DNA from: Patellaria atrata CBS 101060
Taxonomy: Eukaryota
Assembly (NCBI GenBank): GCA_010093705.1
Contig: MU006101.1
Location: 605,673 to 669,672 of the forward strand
Length of the DNA: 64,000 nt
Reading direction: 5' to 3'
The position numbers and the translations under genes were made by a program. The notes under the pieces are model-generated. The model made no database searches. It was given only the letters and a program-made list of their open reading frames with translations, and was not told the DNA's origin. This document shows positions 47,701 through 58,155 of the stretch, in pieces; positions within the stretch are counted from its first letter, which is position 1; every line of letters begins with the position of its first letter.

Positions 47701-49909
47701 GCTCATTTGGTGAATATCCAGAAATGCGACTGCGCTCGGTCAATGACCTTAGCCAAGGTACGATTTGTAATTCTTCCCAGCCTAAGGAGAGCAATTCGGC
47801 TCTGGAGAGCCCTTTTGTAATTTTGAAGGGAATGACTTGCTCCGGGATTGGAAGGTTGGCCGGAATCTTAGCAATATTTATGAAGAACTTGATAGTACTG
47901 AGTACAATGACCTTGCTCGAAGTCGTGGTCGGGGTTGGCTGCGTATCTGTGGTTGCCTCATCCTCTTGGACTGATGCAACAGTAACATCGAATAGACTTT
48001 GTATAACTGTGATATCTAAATCCCCAGAAGAAATCTTCTTGACCGCCCACTTCAGTAATTCAATAAGCTCTTCCTCGGTTAGTGCTTTTCGGGAAAGACC
48101 CTTCTTAATATCCTCAATACTCATATCCGATATGAACCCATAATTATACAGTTTTCGTATGAAGTCCCCGGCACCGGAGGTCAAAGCCTCAGGAATTACA
48201 GGTACACCCTCTAAGAAGCTAAGCTTTTCTGTGACAACACGCACTTGCGTACTTGGAAGTATCCCATAGGAAGACAGGATATCCATGGAACAGCTGGTAT
48301 TGCTTTCCCAAAATGCTTCCTCGATGATCTCGCCTACTTTGGATGATGGAGTAGATTCGTGAGCGGTAAATTGGCGAAGTGTATGTACCGCACTGGGGCA
48401 AACTGCTTCTACTTTAGACTCAATCGTAGTTTGGCCATTTGGTGCCGAAGGCCTATCCAACGTTCTCTTAAAATCTATGAACGCTTCACTATAAGCGATG
48501 CGACAGGCAATTCCAGCAGCCCTAAGCATCTCCATATTCCAGGTCCTCACAAACCGTGCGTTCAAATCAATGCTCTCGCGCTCAACTGTTGGTATGACTG
48601 AAGGTGCTGAAATATGGCAGAGCATCCCGGTCGTTTGGCCAGTTGGAAAGCCAATAAAGATCTTTCCACTCTTAGTTGGTAAAATGGATGAGAATATCTC
48701 ACTAGCGTATTTGGAAGTTGTTCCAGACGCTGTTGACAACGACGCTGCGGTTTCATCATAGGGTGATGTTAGCACTTGTATCCTTGTACGCTTTGGAGGC
48801 GGTTTCTTCGTTGCGCGTTCAAGCTCATTAGCAAAACTCTCTGTGAAATTGGTTTGAATATTGACGGTATTGATACGCAAGAATACTGTCGAGCCAGAGT
48901 TCCCATGAAGATCTTCCATGATAGCCTTTTGCGTCGCTTCTGCTTCCTCTGCTGCCCTTTTAGCCGCATTATTAGCTTTCTTACCACCCACCGTCAAGCG
49001 GGAGAAGAATGTTCTCAGTGACGCAGTAGCATCTTCGATATTCGTGGCCGGCGCCTGATAAGGATTATTAATCATTGAATTCGAAGGTTTCGTATATGCT
49101 ACGGCGTTCATCCACTTCGCACTAATTTGAGTAACTTGTTGAGTTATCCCCGTGATCTTCATGGTACGTTCCTTGGTAATATGATTGATGTCTTTCCTAA
49201 GTTGGATATCAGAACTTGGTGCTGAAACCTTCGTTAGAGACAGTATCGTCCATTGGTCAATGATCAGCTCTATATGCTGTAAATTGACAAAGGTTAGACT
49301 CGTGCAAAGGAACTGCGATAATGAGAGCAAATCAGGCATTGGGGTCGTCGTATTTCTGTAGGGCAGGATAAAAGTCGTTTCTCTTTTAGCATGCTCTCTC
49401 GGTACCGTTCCGGCTTTGGTGAATAAGCTATTATCTTTCCAGTAAAATGCCATTGTTTTGTCACCCGAGACTACAAATGGTTCCTCGCAGTCAGCGAATA
49501 CGCTATAAAAGCCTACTCCAAAGGCGCCTATCTTCGTTTCGTCCGGGTTTCCTTCGGCGATGCGCTTCAACCGGGCCCAGTCGCTTCCGACAAAGACCTC
49601 ACCGTCATTGGAGACAATGGCTTGTTTTAAAGTATGGTGTTCCAATACGTGCTGAAGATGTGCTGAAGGGTTTGACCCTGATGGTGCAGGTACGGTGGTT
49701 GAAGGAAATGTCTCAATCTTGATAGATACTTTAGTAGCCGATGCGTCAGCAGCATTCTGAATGAGTTCTCTGTACGTAGTGTGATCCCCTGAGTATCGAG
49801 CTAAGACTTTATCAATCAATGCTCTGGTATTTGTAGTAACGGCTTCGTCCAGTCCGGAGTTTAGTGTCTGATCTCGCAGCCGAGCAAGATCAAGTGTACT
49901 TAATGCCAT
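44714..49909 (-). CDS. DUF3684-family protein: N-terminal GHKL (Hsp90/sacsin-like) ATPase + C-terminal HExxH metallopeptidase, intronless
   Basis: YRELIQNAADA, NDGEVF, IAEGNPDETKIGAFGVGFYS; C-terminal TIAFNSGGALFFN...CHELAHNLIKDH; ATG 49909. Confidence 0.85.
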   Translation of the reverse strand: MALSTLDLARLRDQTLNSGLDEAVTTNTRALIDKVLARYSGDHTTYRELIQNAADASATKVSIKIETFPSTTVPAPSGSNPSAHLQHVLEHHTLKQAIVSNDGEVFVGSDWARLKRIAEGNPDETKIGAFGVGFYSVFADCEEPFVVSGDKTMAFYWKDNSLFTKAGTVPREHAKRETTFILPYRNTTTPMPDLLSLSQFLCTSLTFVNLQHIELIIDQWTILSLTKVSAPSSDIQLRKDINHITKERTMKITGITQQVTQISAKWMNAVAYTKPSNSMINNPYQAPATNIEDATASLRTFFSRLTVGGKKANNAAKRAAEEAEATQKAIMEDLHGNSGSTVFLRINTVNIQTNFTESFANELERATKKPPPKRTRIQVLTSPYDETAASLSTASGTTSKYASEIFSSILPTKSGKIFIGFPTGQTTGMLCHISAPSVIPTVERESIDLNARFVRTWNMEMLRAAGIACRIAYSEAFIDFKRTLDRPSAPNGQTTIESKVEAVCPSAVHTLRQFTAHESTPSSKVGEIIEEAFWESNTSCSMDILSSYGILPSTQVRVVTEKLSFLEGVPVIPEALTSGAGDFIRKLYNYGFISDMSIEDIKKGLSRKALTEEELIELLKWAVKKISSGDLDITVIQSLFDVTVASVQEDEATTDTQPTPTTTSSKVIVLSTIKFFINIAKIPANLPIPEQVIPFKITKGLSRAELLSLGWEELQIVPWLRSLTERSRISGYSPNELTSSPEFASRVLAIISKQWESLSQSSKASVVEILSPLTVMPTKMGLYKPSDSYFPSVKLFDDLPVVVLPAVKDKFLGALGVRKVVEVSVIFDRLMAQSAPDGKEPAVKWSHIELIKYLVTIKDDIPAKDIGRLKETPFCQARGEAESSQLFKVSQLYEPTEDNIQLGVRTLQWPLPYRSTSVEGKFLSRLGLLPYPKVSVLVEMLQNCAKRKDIDGYRKVIQYWRSHWYSSHYATTDLSVIKTWRFLPSESEPWTVLKAPSELCSNPRASVFSFAVLAQAYQDDATLFGVPKDPPILSIVARLVEQPFHDHSQAAAAFSYMATRLPEIDQKQQERISTAFFVPVTMKNDSSDRAYKHISPNMCFLGSSSTYGDILDFVDFGKDANAFLLTHGAKLEPGVKDLMQIITQQPEQVLGTLGRDKYQTLLFKLAEGGSGVKNDGRAGKELWKRMKQAPCLLAFQIEKGKSSKINSADVEDDQFADYEEDDTRLWYLKRASEITIQDSIELYGPFREHLFIAPTSDELEAFYADIGATSLSSQVLFQHNTGQPLNDQSEAQRLQKHIIERTRLFLYEFPREAIARDHRWLAQNMNVTMVRSILIRYVLKGTNAHFKKSASALMNSMTLSITKDYDWYDISKELAPILIKRPKQRDTLALETILTSDLRRLQRKGYNVDRILRLKEHEHRLAEREQQRVRETEKVRAEKAEMERAQHQISAPPTPERDVQQVMHTPISDRKTGIENMPGGFGPDSPEPMPNTRQRRGSTIFSKLSKRLGLDSHENISEGTQELKRRPESPVNVVDNYSAHHENLQTAIQACRSYNSPDHHSKPWKKQVEEARGTYCDSAAGQNIQQVTTTESGIKVFLALHLLPLQDAHIAAYQSALNTFSKLLLDIGSLFDLPTKTLHIFYNDRGSTIAFNSGGALFFNFHYFVTQHVQAFEGTMGRKEKRQEALAYWYMNFCHELAHNLIKDHGPKHSFYAEHFAQAYFNRVMARAGQY

Positions 49910-50703
49910 ATTGTGTAGGTTCTCAAAGAAAGATAGTGTTGTGTGTTTAGTAGTGCTCGGTGGCAATGGGCAAGGTTGGCAGTCAAGGCAACTATAAGTA
50001 GGATGTACTTTGCAAGTTGACTTTAAACTAAATAGAACACTTTACAGGAGAAAAGAGATCTACGATGCCTAGACTTAACGCCGAAAATGAATGATGGGAA
50101 ATGCTAAAGTGACTATCATCAAACTCCATGAACGTGTGTTTATATGTTGGAGAATTATTGACGTGAAGTTGAGGCTTTGTCGGTTACCGCATTGAAGGGG
50201 GCGCAATCCCTGTCCACTTTGTTGACGGTCTTGGCGCGCCACATCGCTTTCATAGGTGCCATCACTCACCGGTTCAGCTCTTAACATTTACAAGATGAAA
50301 AGTGTGAGGCTGTATTCCATACAAAGGGGTATGTACATTTGCTATATACTCCGCGGGAACTCTCTAATCTGAATTCTAAGATAGCTTTCCCGAATGATGT
50401 ACGATGTAGTATTTGTACGACCTGAAGTCCGTTGTACAGTCCGACATGGTACATACAAGCTCAGTCAGAGCCTATTTTTATACGCAAGTGTACAGTGACT
50501 CGAAGGTTTTACATCAAGGAGGAGTATCAAAGTACACAAGTGTTTGATGTTGCCCCAGATCTCTTTCACGGGCGGGTGTGAATTGGTTCCCTGAACATAC
50601 TCGTGATAATGTCATTCGTCAAAGGCAAAAAGGGATATATTGCGACAAAAGTTTCTCCATAAAGCTAATTCTTCATAAAATAGCTAACTATGTCCGTTGA
50701 AGA

Positions 50704-51917
50704 TCAGACACCAACGCAATACTGATATCCAAGCCACAGATTTGTACAGTCCGGTAGAATTTCCGTGTTCCATTGCCGTAGCTGGGCTAGAGTCACACTG
50801 AACTGCGACTGTATGGTCGCGCAAGTATTTCCACTGGCTACGGTGTAGAACTTCTTGCAATTGGAAACCACGCCAGGAGCCGTGGGCGAAGGAGCCGCAG
50901 TTGAGGTAGTACTCGTTGGTTTCGCCGACGTGGATGTTGGCTTGGTCGTAGTGGTAGGTTTGGAAGTGGTTGAAGACTTAGAAGTAGGAGTAGGGGTAGG
51001 AGTAGGTTTGGATGTGGTTGTTGGCTTGACAACGACCCCATTATTGTTCCCAATCGTGTTTTCATTGCATCCTGACTTGGCGTTGACCCATCCTGTCAAC
51101 CTATTGGCAATGTCTGATGCGTAGCAATGCGTAGCAATACCCTTGCCTAAGTTCTTTGACGGATCGATACTTCCGGAGTTGTAAAGCCTCGCCGCCTTGT
51201 AAAACCTACTGATATCGGTAGCGCCAGATCGAGCAACGCACTGCCTCAATCCTTCACCAGACTTGGTTCCATTCGCACCGTCCATGAGCATTTGCAAGAT
51301 AGTAGCCGTCGGACACGGGTTCGTGACCTTGTTCTTGTCGTTGCAAGTCCCTACGCCATTATGGGATTGCATCAACCCAGGATTACGGACGCCATTGTTT
51401 GTTGTGGGAGCGCGAACACAGCCTTTGCTCTCTTGCATTATGACGGCAAGGACGAAACGGCGATCCATTCCAGCTGCCTTTGCCGCTGTCGTGATACTTT
51501 GGAAAATAGCAGTGATTTCAGCGTCGCTATTGTTGGGAAGGTTCCAGATATTCTTGCAAGAAGCTTTCATCAACGGTTTGTTGGCAGTAAACCTAAAACT
51601 TATTTCAGCACTGGATATTTAAACGATACAATGAGTAATCGTACATCTCCTCGTATGTTTTCCACCAAAGAGGGAGGTCAGGCCACCCATTGAGAATGTC
51701 ACCAGTACCGCCATAGACTTTGTATGTGTCTGTAGCGCGCTCTTCGAATGAATGGACGTGTAAGCTTTCATGATAGGCAGCATGACCATGACGTCTGGAG
51801 AGAGTTGCTCCCAAAGTGAATGAAGAAAAAGTGGCGGCAGCCACAATCTGTCCCTGGATCAGTCTTCAACTTTCCCTTCTCGTCACAGGAGAGTCTCACC
51901 AAAGGAGTATATAACAT
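50704..51917 (-). CDS. Secreted lysozyme-like / lytic transglycosylase (SLT, GH23-like) with Thr/Pro linker and C-terminal LysM, 3 exons
   Basis: Signal peptide MLYTPL|IVAAATFSSFTLG; AVIMQES (catalytic Glu), GLMQ, ARLYNSG; LysM CKKFYTVASGNTC...WN...CTNLWLGYQYCV. Confidence 0.85.
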
Positions 51918-53700
51918 GTTTATGTTTGATATGCGTTAAATTATAATAAAAGAGTGAATCGGTCGGTAAACGACGAAAGAACAGCAACAATACAAAGAAT
52001 GACTTGGTTAGGAGCGTGAAAGAGTGAACGCAACCTATACCTACCTACGATACAGAGGAAAAGATGCAAGCCTGGGGTTTGCGACCATTTTATCATCTTT
52101 TCATACGCGACAAGCCACGGGTAGTAGCGTAGGAGCTCAAGGCAGCATCGGACGCCATGGCGAAACCGAAATTGACAGTATCGTGAACAGGGGCCAATCC
52201 GCTGTGGAATTTGAGTCTTCGAGATCTAAAAAGTTGTTAGCGAACAGTCTTTACCCCTGAGAAGGCTGAATATTAACCGCAGGATTTCGCGTGATGTTGT
52301 ATGTATTAGGCTAGTTCCCGGCTCGGTAAGCCCCGTTGCTAGTTCTAGTCTAGAACTAAAGCGTTCCTTAAGCTGAATTTAAGCAGCTGTCTGCCTGTCT
52401 AACCAATCCTACATGGATCTCATTCCTGAAAATCCAGAATCGGGCGTATGGTTATAGACTCGATACTGATTGGATGAAAATACAGGAAGAATTGTTCTGT
52501 TGCAGAGTCGTCACCTTCAAATATTCCTTTTTGGGCCGTTCGGAGACCTCGGTTGAAGTTCTGGGCGCGAAGAGGGAAAATTGGAGCACGGAGCATATTT
52601 AGAGGTACGGAGTACTCCTATAGTTCTACATCAGTATGCGTAATAATCTAGATCTTGTTAGGCGTGACTCTTCAATTTTCAGAGTCAGCCTTGATATCGT
52701 ATAAAATAGTAGATACTATACTTCACTATACTTGACCCAGAGAACTAACAGATGCAACACTACCTTAGGTACTATACAAAGATGTGAGTTTTATTACGGG
52801 AATGACGGCTCGGTAAGCCGGGCTACTGTACCTTAGGGCTGTTGCCTTTCACTCGCGTGTCATACACCCTGATAGCTAGAGGAAAGGAAGGAAAATACGA
52901 AATTGCGTACCGGTAGTACTAAAGCACTAGTACTACACTCCTTGTTGGAAGAAGAGATGGATACTTAGTTAGGAAGGTACTTTGTAAATGACTGGTTTCG
53001 ACTTTTCGAGAGATACGTCCGAGAGAGCTCGTATTTCATGAAACAGCTTCTTGGGGAGAAGAGTGAGCACATCATACGCGCTGTGACTGACGGCACGAAG
53101 GCACACATGTAATATATCGTGCATCAGAAATAAGGTGAAGCTGATGATAAGTAACAGGAGTCTGGGGAGTATGCCATAGCCCTGTGTATGCGCGAGACGT
53201 CTCGGTTCTGAGACATCAAAATGAAGGGGCAACCGGGTGTGCACTCTATTTTCCCACGTCCATTTTCCGTAGGAGCTTCATTGACTCTTCGACCAAACGA
53301 GAGATGGGTTATCAGTAAAGCTTCGATATGCTCTGAGACGTTTTGAGGGAACCCGTCGTGCAAAAAGATGACCGATAATCCGGGGCAAAGGGCCTTGTGG
53401 AGTGGCTACTGTGGCTCAAGGGGCTGATGGTTGAGGCTTGGGGTCCGTTCACCGGATCAACAATATTGCGCTTCTTGCAGACCTCCAATATCATAATATA
53501 TGCGTTCAACAAGCAGCTCGCTCCTACGTCTTCTAAAAGCGGAGTTTTAATTCTCATTGCGAAAGCTCAAGTGATACTGTATGCTGATTCAAAGAGAATG
53601 AGGTCTCCTTTGATCAAATCACCTGGCTCTGGCATCGTTCTCGTAGAAACTTTCAAAATCCGATGAAACGAATAAATTTTGCAGGAGGATATCGAATATC

Positions 53701-56700
53701 ATGGTGGTCGACTCATTCTCACCGATCGCACCGGCGCGCATAAAAGCGCTGCTGTTACCAGTAGGGAAAACTAAGCGTTCCAGGTTCTTAAGCTTTGTAA
53801 AACGATTACAGCAAGACTCTGTCGTCAGACTGGGAGATATCACTCCTGACCCGCGGCCAGATAGAAGTACGCTCATCTTATGAAAAGGCTCAACATTCGG
53901 AGATTAGTTCCAGGCTAATAGAGTTGAAATTCAGATATGTTTTCTCCATTAGCTTTCCCCAAAGGCTTACTTCTATATGATCTCTCAACTGCATTACCGT
54001 CAGCAGCGCAGCTTGCTCTATCTCCCTTTGAACTTTACAGAGAGCCCTTGTTGATTTTAGGGCTATCTGATGGTGTTGAATATCACCTCGATGAATATTC
54101 TGAGGTGGACAGCAGCGAGACATCACAAAACGATACCTCAAGCGGTGACTTCAAACATGATGACGCAGAGAAGGAGCTCCAAGGCGTTGTGGAAATGCTA
54201 CGAGAACACTATCCAAAAGCTTTAGTTCATCAGCTGCTGATATTTGATTCTGCATTGCCCGCAAATCCTTCATGGCTCCCTCACGGGTCAATCCAGATAC
54301 CTTCTATCGATCATTCGAAGACTACAACAATGAAGACGGTGATGTGTGATATATCTGCACTGTTTCTCGCGGAAATGACAACATTAGCAAAGTCATATGA
54401 AGCACTTACAATGATTCCGACACCCTCAAATCAACCTGGACAATTGGAGTCTTGGGGAAGTAATGGTTTCTCTTCGGATAGCCGTAGAAACTCTCAAACA
54501 ATCATCAATTCTTCGGCTTCAACGCCCACCACAGTTCAACACCATCATCGAATGTCTATGCCTGCCCACTTACTATCAGCAACTTCTTCTGGGAGCACTC
54601 CAGTATCTCCTTTTCCCTCCTCCCCAGCGACAACACCACGACCAAATACTCCCAACTTTCCCCCTGGGTCCGGTCATGCGACTCCAACCGACGCATCTAG
54701 GCCTAGTTCAACACATGCTAGACATCAGTCGGTTCTTTCGCCTGGGCCAACAAACAGTAATATTTCGATACAAGGATTTGGATCCAATAGCGGCAATGAC
54801 ATTGAACGTAGAATTAAAAATTCACGCATGGGAATTCTTATGGGTCTGTTTCATCTCATGGCAGGTAATTGGCCAACTGCATTACAACTTTTGTCAGAAC
54901 ACATCAGTGATGCTCGCCGTACTCTTGACCATGCGTGGATCGCGCAGTCTTTACATCTGATGCTTGTCTCTATGATTCTGTATACATCGGAGGGCTTATC
55001 GTTCGAGGTATGTTAATTGAGACACAATTGATGGATTTACTGATGTGTCAAATCAGATGCCCTCCGTACTCAATGCAATGCTTCCAAACGGAAGCAAAAT
55101 AACTCCCCAAAATGCATTTAATCGGCTATCGTCTATCCCTCAAATTGAGCTCCAACCAAATCCAGACACCGAAGCTGTCAACGCCCGGCTTCTGTTGAAT
55201 AATCTGGATGACTTGGTTTCGCAGGTATTAAGCTACTATCATCGCACCACCTCGTTACCCAAACAGATCGTCCACGAGTTTGCGCTACGCATGGGCAGAG
55301 CAATGTTCATTGTCTATAGCCAAAATGGGAGACTTAATAACGACATTTCTCGGAACCAGCTATATGGGACATTAGCGACTGCTAAATTATCCCGGCGTGA
55401 TATCAAATGTTCTTTTCAAACATGCAGAAAGATAGCTGCAATTGTGGAACAAGCATTCCCAACTGACGAAGATAAGTTCCTTGCCTCAGATCACAAGCTA
55501 CATCTATTCGGTGGCATTGCCGAAATTTTCGGGGATATTGGACAAACCAGACATCAAGCTCTTGCTCTCGAGGAACTTGTCACCACCTTGACCTCCGAGC
55601 TCATCAGAAGCAGGACCCAGCAAGCCGCTCATCTTGGAGTCCATCCAGCCACGAACATGTTTCTGAAGAATGCTGCTGATACCGTACGTGGTATTGATAC
55701 ACTTTTAGATATATATCGAAAGAATGTCAAAGGGAACCCGGCTCTACAGTCTCATGCAATCGAAAGATGCATCGACTTCTTCCAAGCATATGGTGATGTA
55801 CAGGGGGTCCAAAAGCTCTCGGCAGAGAAACTGGCAATGAAGATCAATATTCCGGCATACATGATAGATCAACAACGCGCATATGGAGCGCTGGTACGCA
55901 CTGAGGGTGTTGGTGCTGCATTGTCAGTAGATGCAGCCGGATTGTGGTGGGATAAGGATGCACTCCAGTCTATCACTATCTTAAAAACGACAAAGGACCT
56001 CGAGCTGAAGTTCGTCCCCGCAGCTAGCATCGCAACGCCGACGATCTCTGGTCCATTTTTGTATAACCCAAACCAGACTAGATCTGACAAACTAGCCGCG
56101 CCTGAAGTTTTCGTCGTCGATACCTATCGAAGCATACAGATTACCCTGCGAAATCTTCTCGATGTCGAAGTCCTTCTTGAGTCTCTGGAGCTTGTCATAG
56201 ATGGCGGGGAGTCCAAGGATTGGACTATTGTTCCTCAAACATACGTGAGCTTAAAGCCACGAAGCGATAACGGCATCATACTCTTCGGTATGCCGCACAC
56301 CGAGGGCGAGTTCACAATCACTGGTTGCCGACTGAAGGCCTCGGGATGCAAACAAAAGAACTTAATACCCAGAAACAGACGAGACTCATCCTCACGGGTC
56401 CAAGTCATCGGCCCACAACCACTCCTTAAACTCCCCGGAATCAAAGCAACCACACCCCTAGCTGTTGGACCCCTCTTGGCTGGCCAATCCAAGATCTTCA
56501 CGGTACCCCTTAAAAACCTCTCTCCACCCTCCAGCCGCATAACCTGCATCCGGATGATCAGCACTGACACCGCAACCACCGCTCTCGAAGTGACACTTAA
56601 ATCCACCACAGACGCTATAAGAGCATTCCAAACGGAGCTTCTCCTAGCTCAACCCGCATTTGTAATTAAGTCTATCCAAACCCCTTCGAAATCCTTCACT

Positions 56701-57486
56701 GATCCTACCGATATCGACATTGCACACTCCGAAGATTTGACCCTCGAGATACAAGCGCATGGTAAACCCAACTTATCCACCGCGTCTATCCAGCTAGACT
56801 ATGGTGCGGCTGCATCCTCAGAGGCCTTCTACACACGCACCCTCACCCTTCCCATCGCTCTCTCCGTAACCCCTTCGTTGTATTTACATTCTCACGCTAT
56901 CCACCCACTGGCCCCTTCAACCTTCCAGCACCTCCGCCGTCTCCCTACACCACTTACCCCCACAACGCTACCCTACCTCCCCATCCTCCCTCCTTCCTCG
57001 GCCCCCACACGCGCTTTCATTCTCACCCTCGCCCTCGCCAACGCCTCACCCAAGCCTCTCACCGCTGACCTCCTCTCCCGTCCGCTCCCCTACACTCCTC
57101 CCTCCTCAACCAACCCCCTAAAACACATCAGCCAAGTAACTATCCCCGCAAATGACGTTGCAAAGCTCTTTGTCGCCTTACCTGTTATGAAGGTCGATGA
57201 ATTGACGTTAGAGAAGCCGATCCCGAGTCGACGGGGCAGGCAGTTCGTCGTCAACGCGAGTCTGAGCGAAGAGCAGGTTAGGAGGGAGAGGGTTGGGTTT
57301 TGGTGCGGAGAGGGTCTCATCGGTGCCGTGAGGGTGGTGTTTACTGAGGGGGAGAAGTGGGAGGCTGGGGATGACTGGGAGGAGGTGGAGGGATTAGGGG
57401 ATGGAGATGCTAGAATTGGAGAAGTTAGTTTGAGCGGGTTATTAAGGCTGAGTGTGGAGGAGGTGGGCGTTGTAAGGGAAGCGTGA
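53701..57486 (+). CDS. TRS120: TRAPPII subunit Trs120 (divergent C-terminal half), 3 exons
   Basis: FSPIAPARIKALLLPVG...VRLGDITPD|MFSPLAFPKG...LSPFELYREPL; TTMKTVMCDIS; GPFLYNP; RQFVV. Confidence 0.85.
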
Positions 57487-58155
57487 GAGGGTTTTCTGAT
57501 CTGCTATGTTTTCTTCAAGCTAGTTGAGTAAATGGGCTTGTGTTGTACTTAGTATGGACAAGTTATTGAGTCTCATTACTGATTATTTCTGCACTCCGGA
57601 TTGTCTCACGTCACTGTACGTGCAACTGCAAACTGAAATGGGGTTATTTGGATGTATGGATATGGTACCGTACTGGGAATACAGGACCCTGAACGAGCGG
57701 ATGCATTATACACAGCGGTGTATTGCGAAATCTCCAACAGTACTTCCTTCCAGCGGCCCTAAATTATACTCCCCTCTGCAGCAGATGACGTACTCTCCAG
57801 TTGAAGTTCGTATAAGATTTCAATGATCTGTATTCCAAACTCCTATCCGTACTGAAGCATTGGCATATGATATAACGGGAAAAGTAAGCTAGAACGGCCC
57901 GACAAAGAGGCGGTAAGATTTTCACAAGTATCACAACATCATATAGCGAATTGAGAAAGAGCTAATGTGAAAATCACAAACTTTTGTTCATTCACTATGG
58001 TAAATCCAGCTTGTAAATCCCTCGTACACCCATATATCCAATCCATGCACACCAATTTTATCCACCCAAAAAGCAAAATCAACAACACCCGGGGTATAGA
58101 ACGCCCACACAAGAACCTCCTCCGCGCCCACTGCGCCATACCAACCACCACTCCC

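Noticed and set aside
50930..51030. Repeat array or CRISPR-like repeats
   Set aside because: Low-complexity codons of the Thr/Pro/Lys linker; no repeat-spacer structure anywhere in the window.
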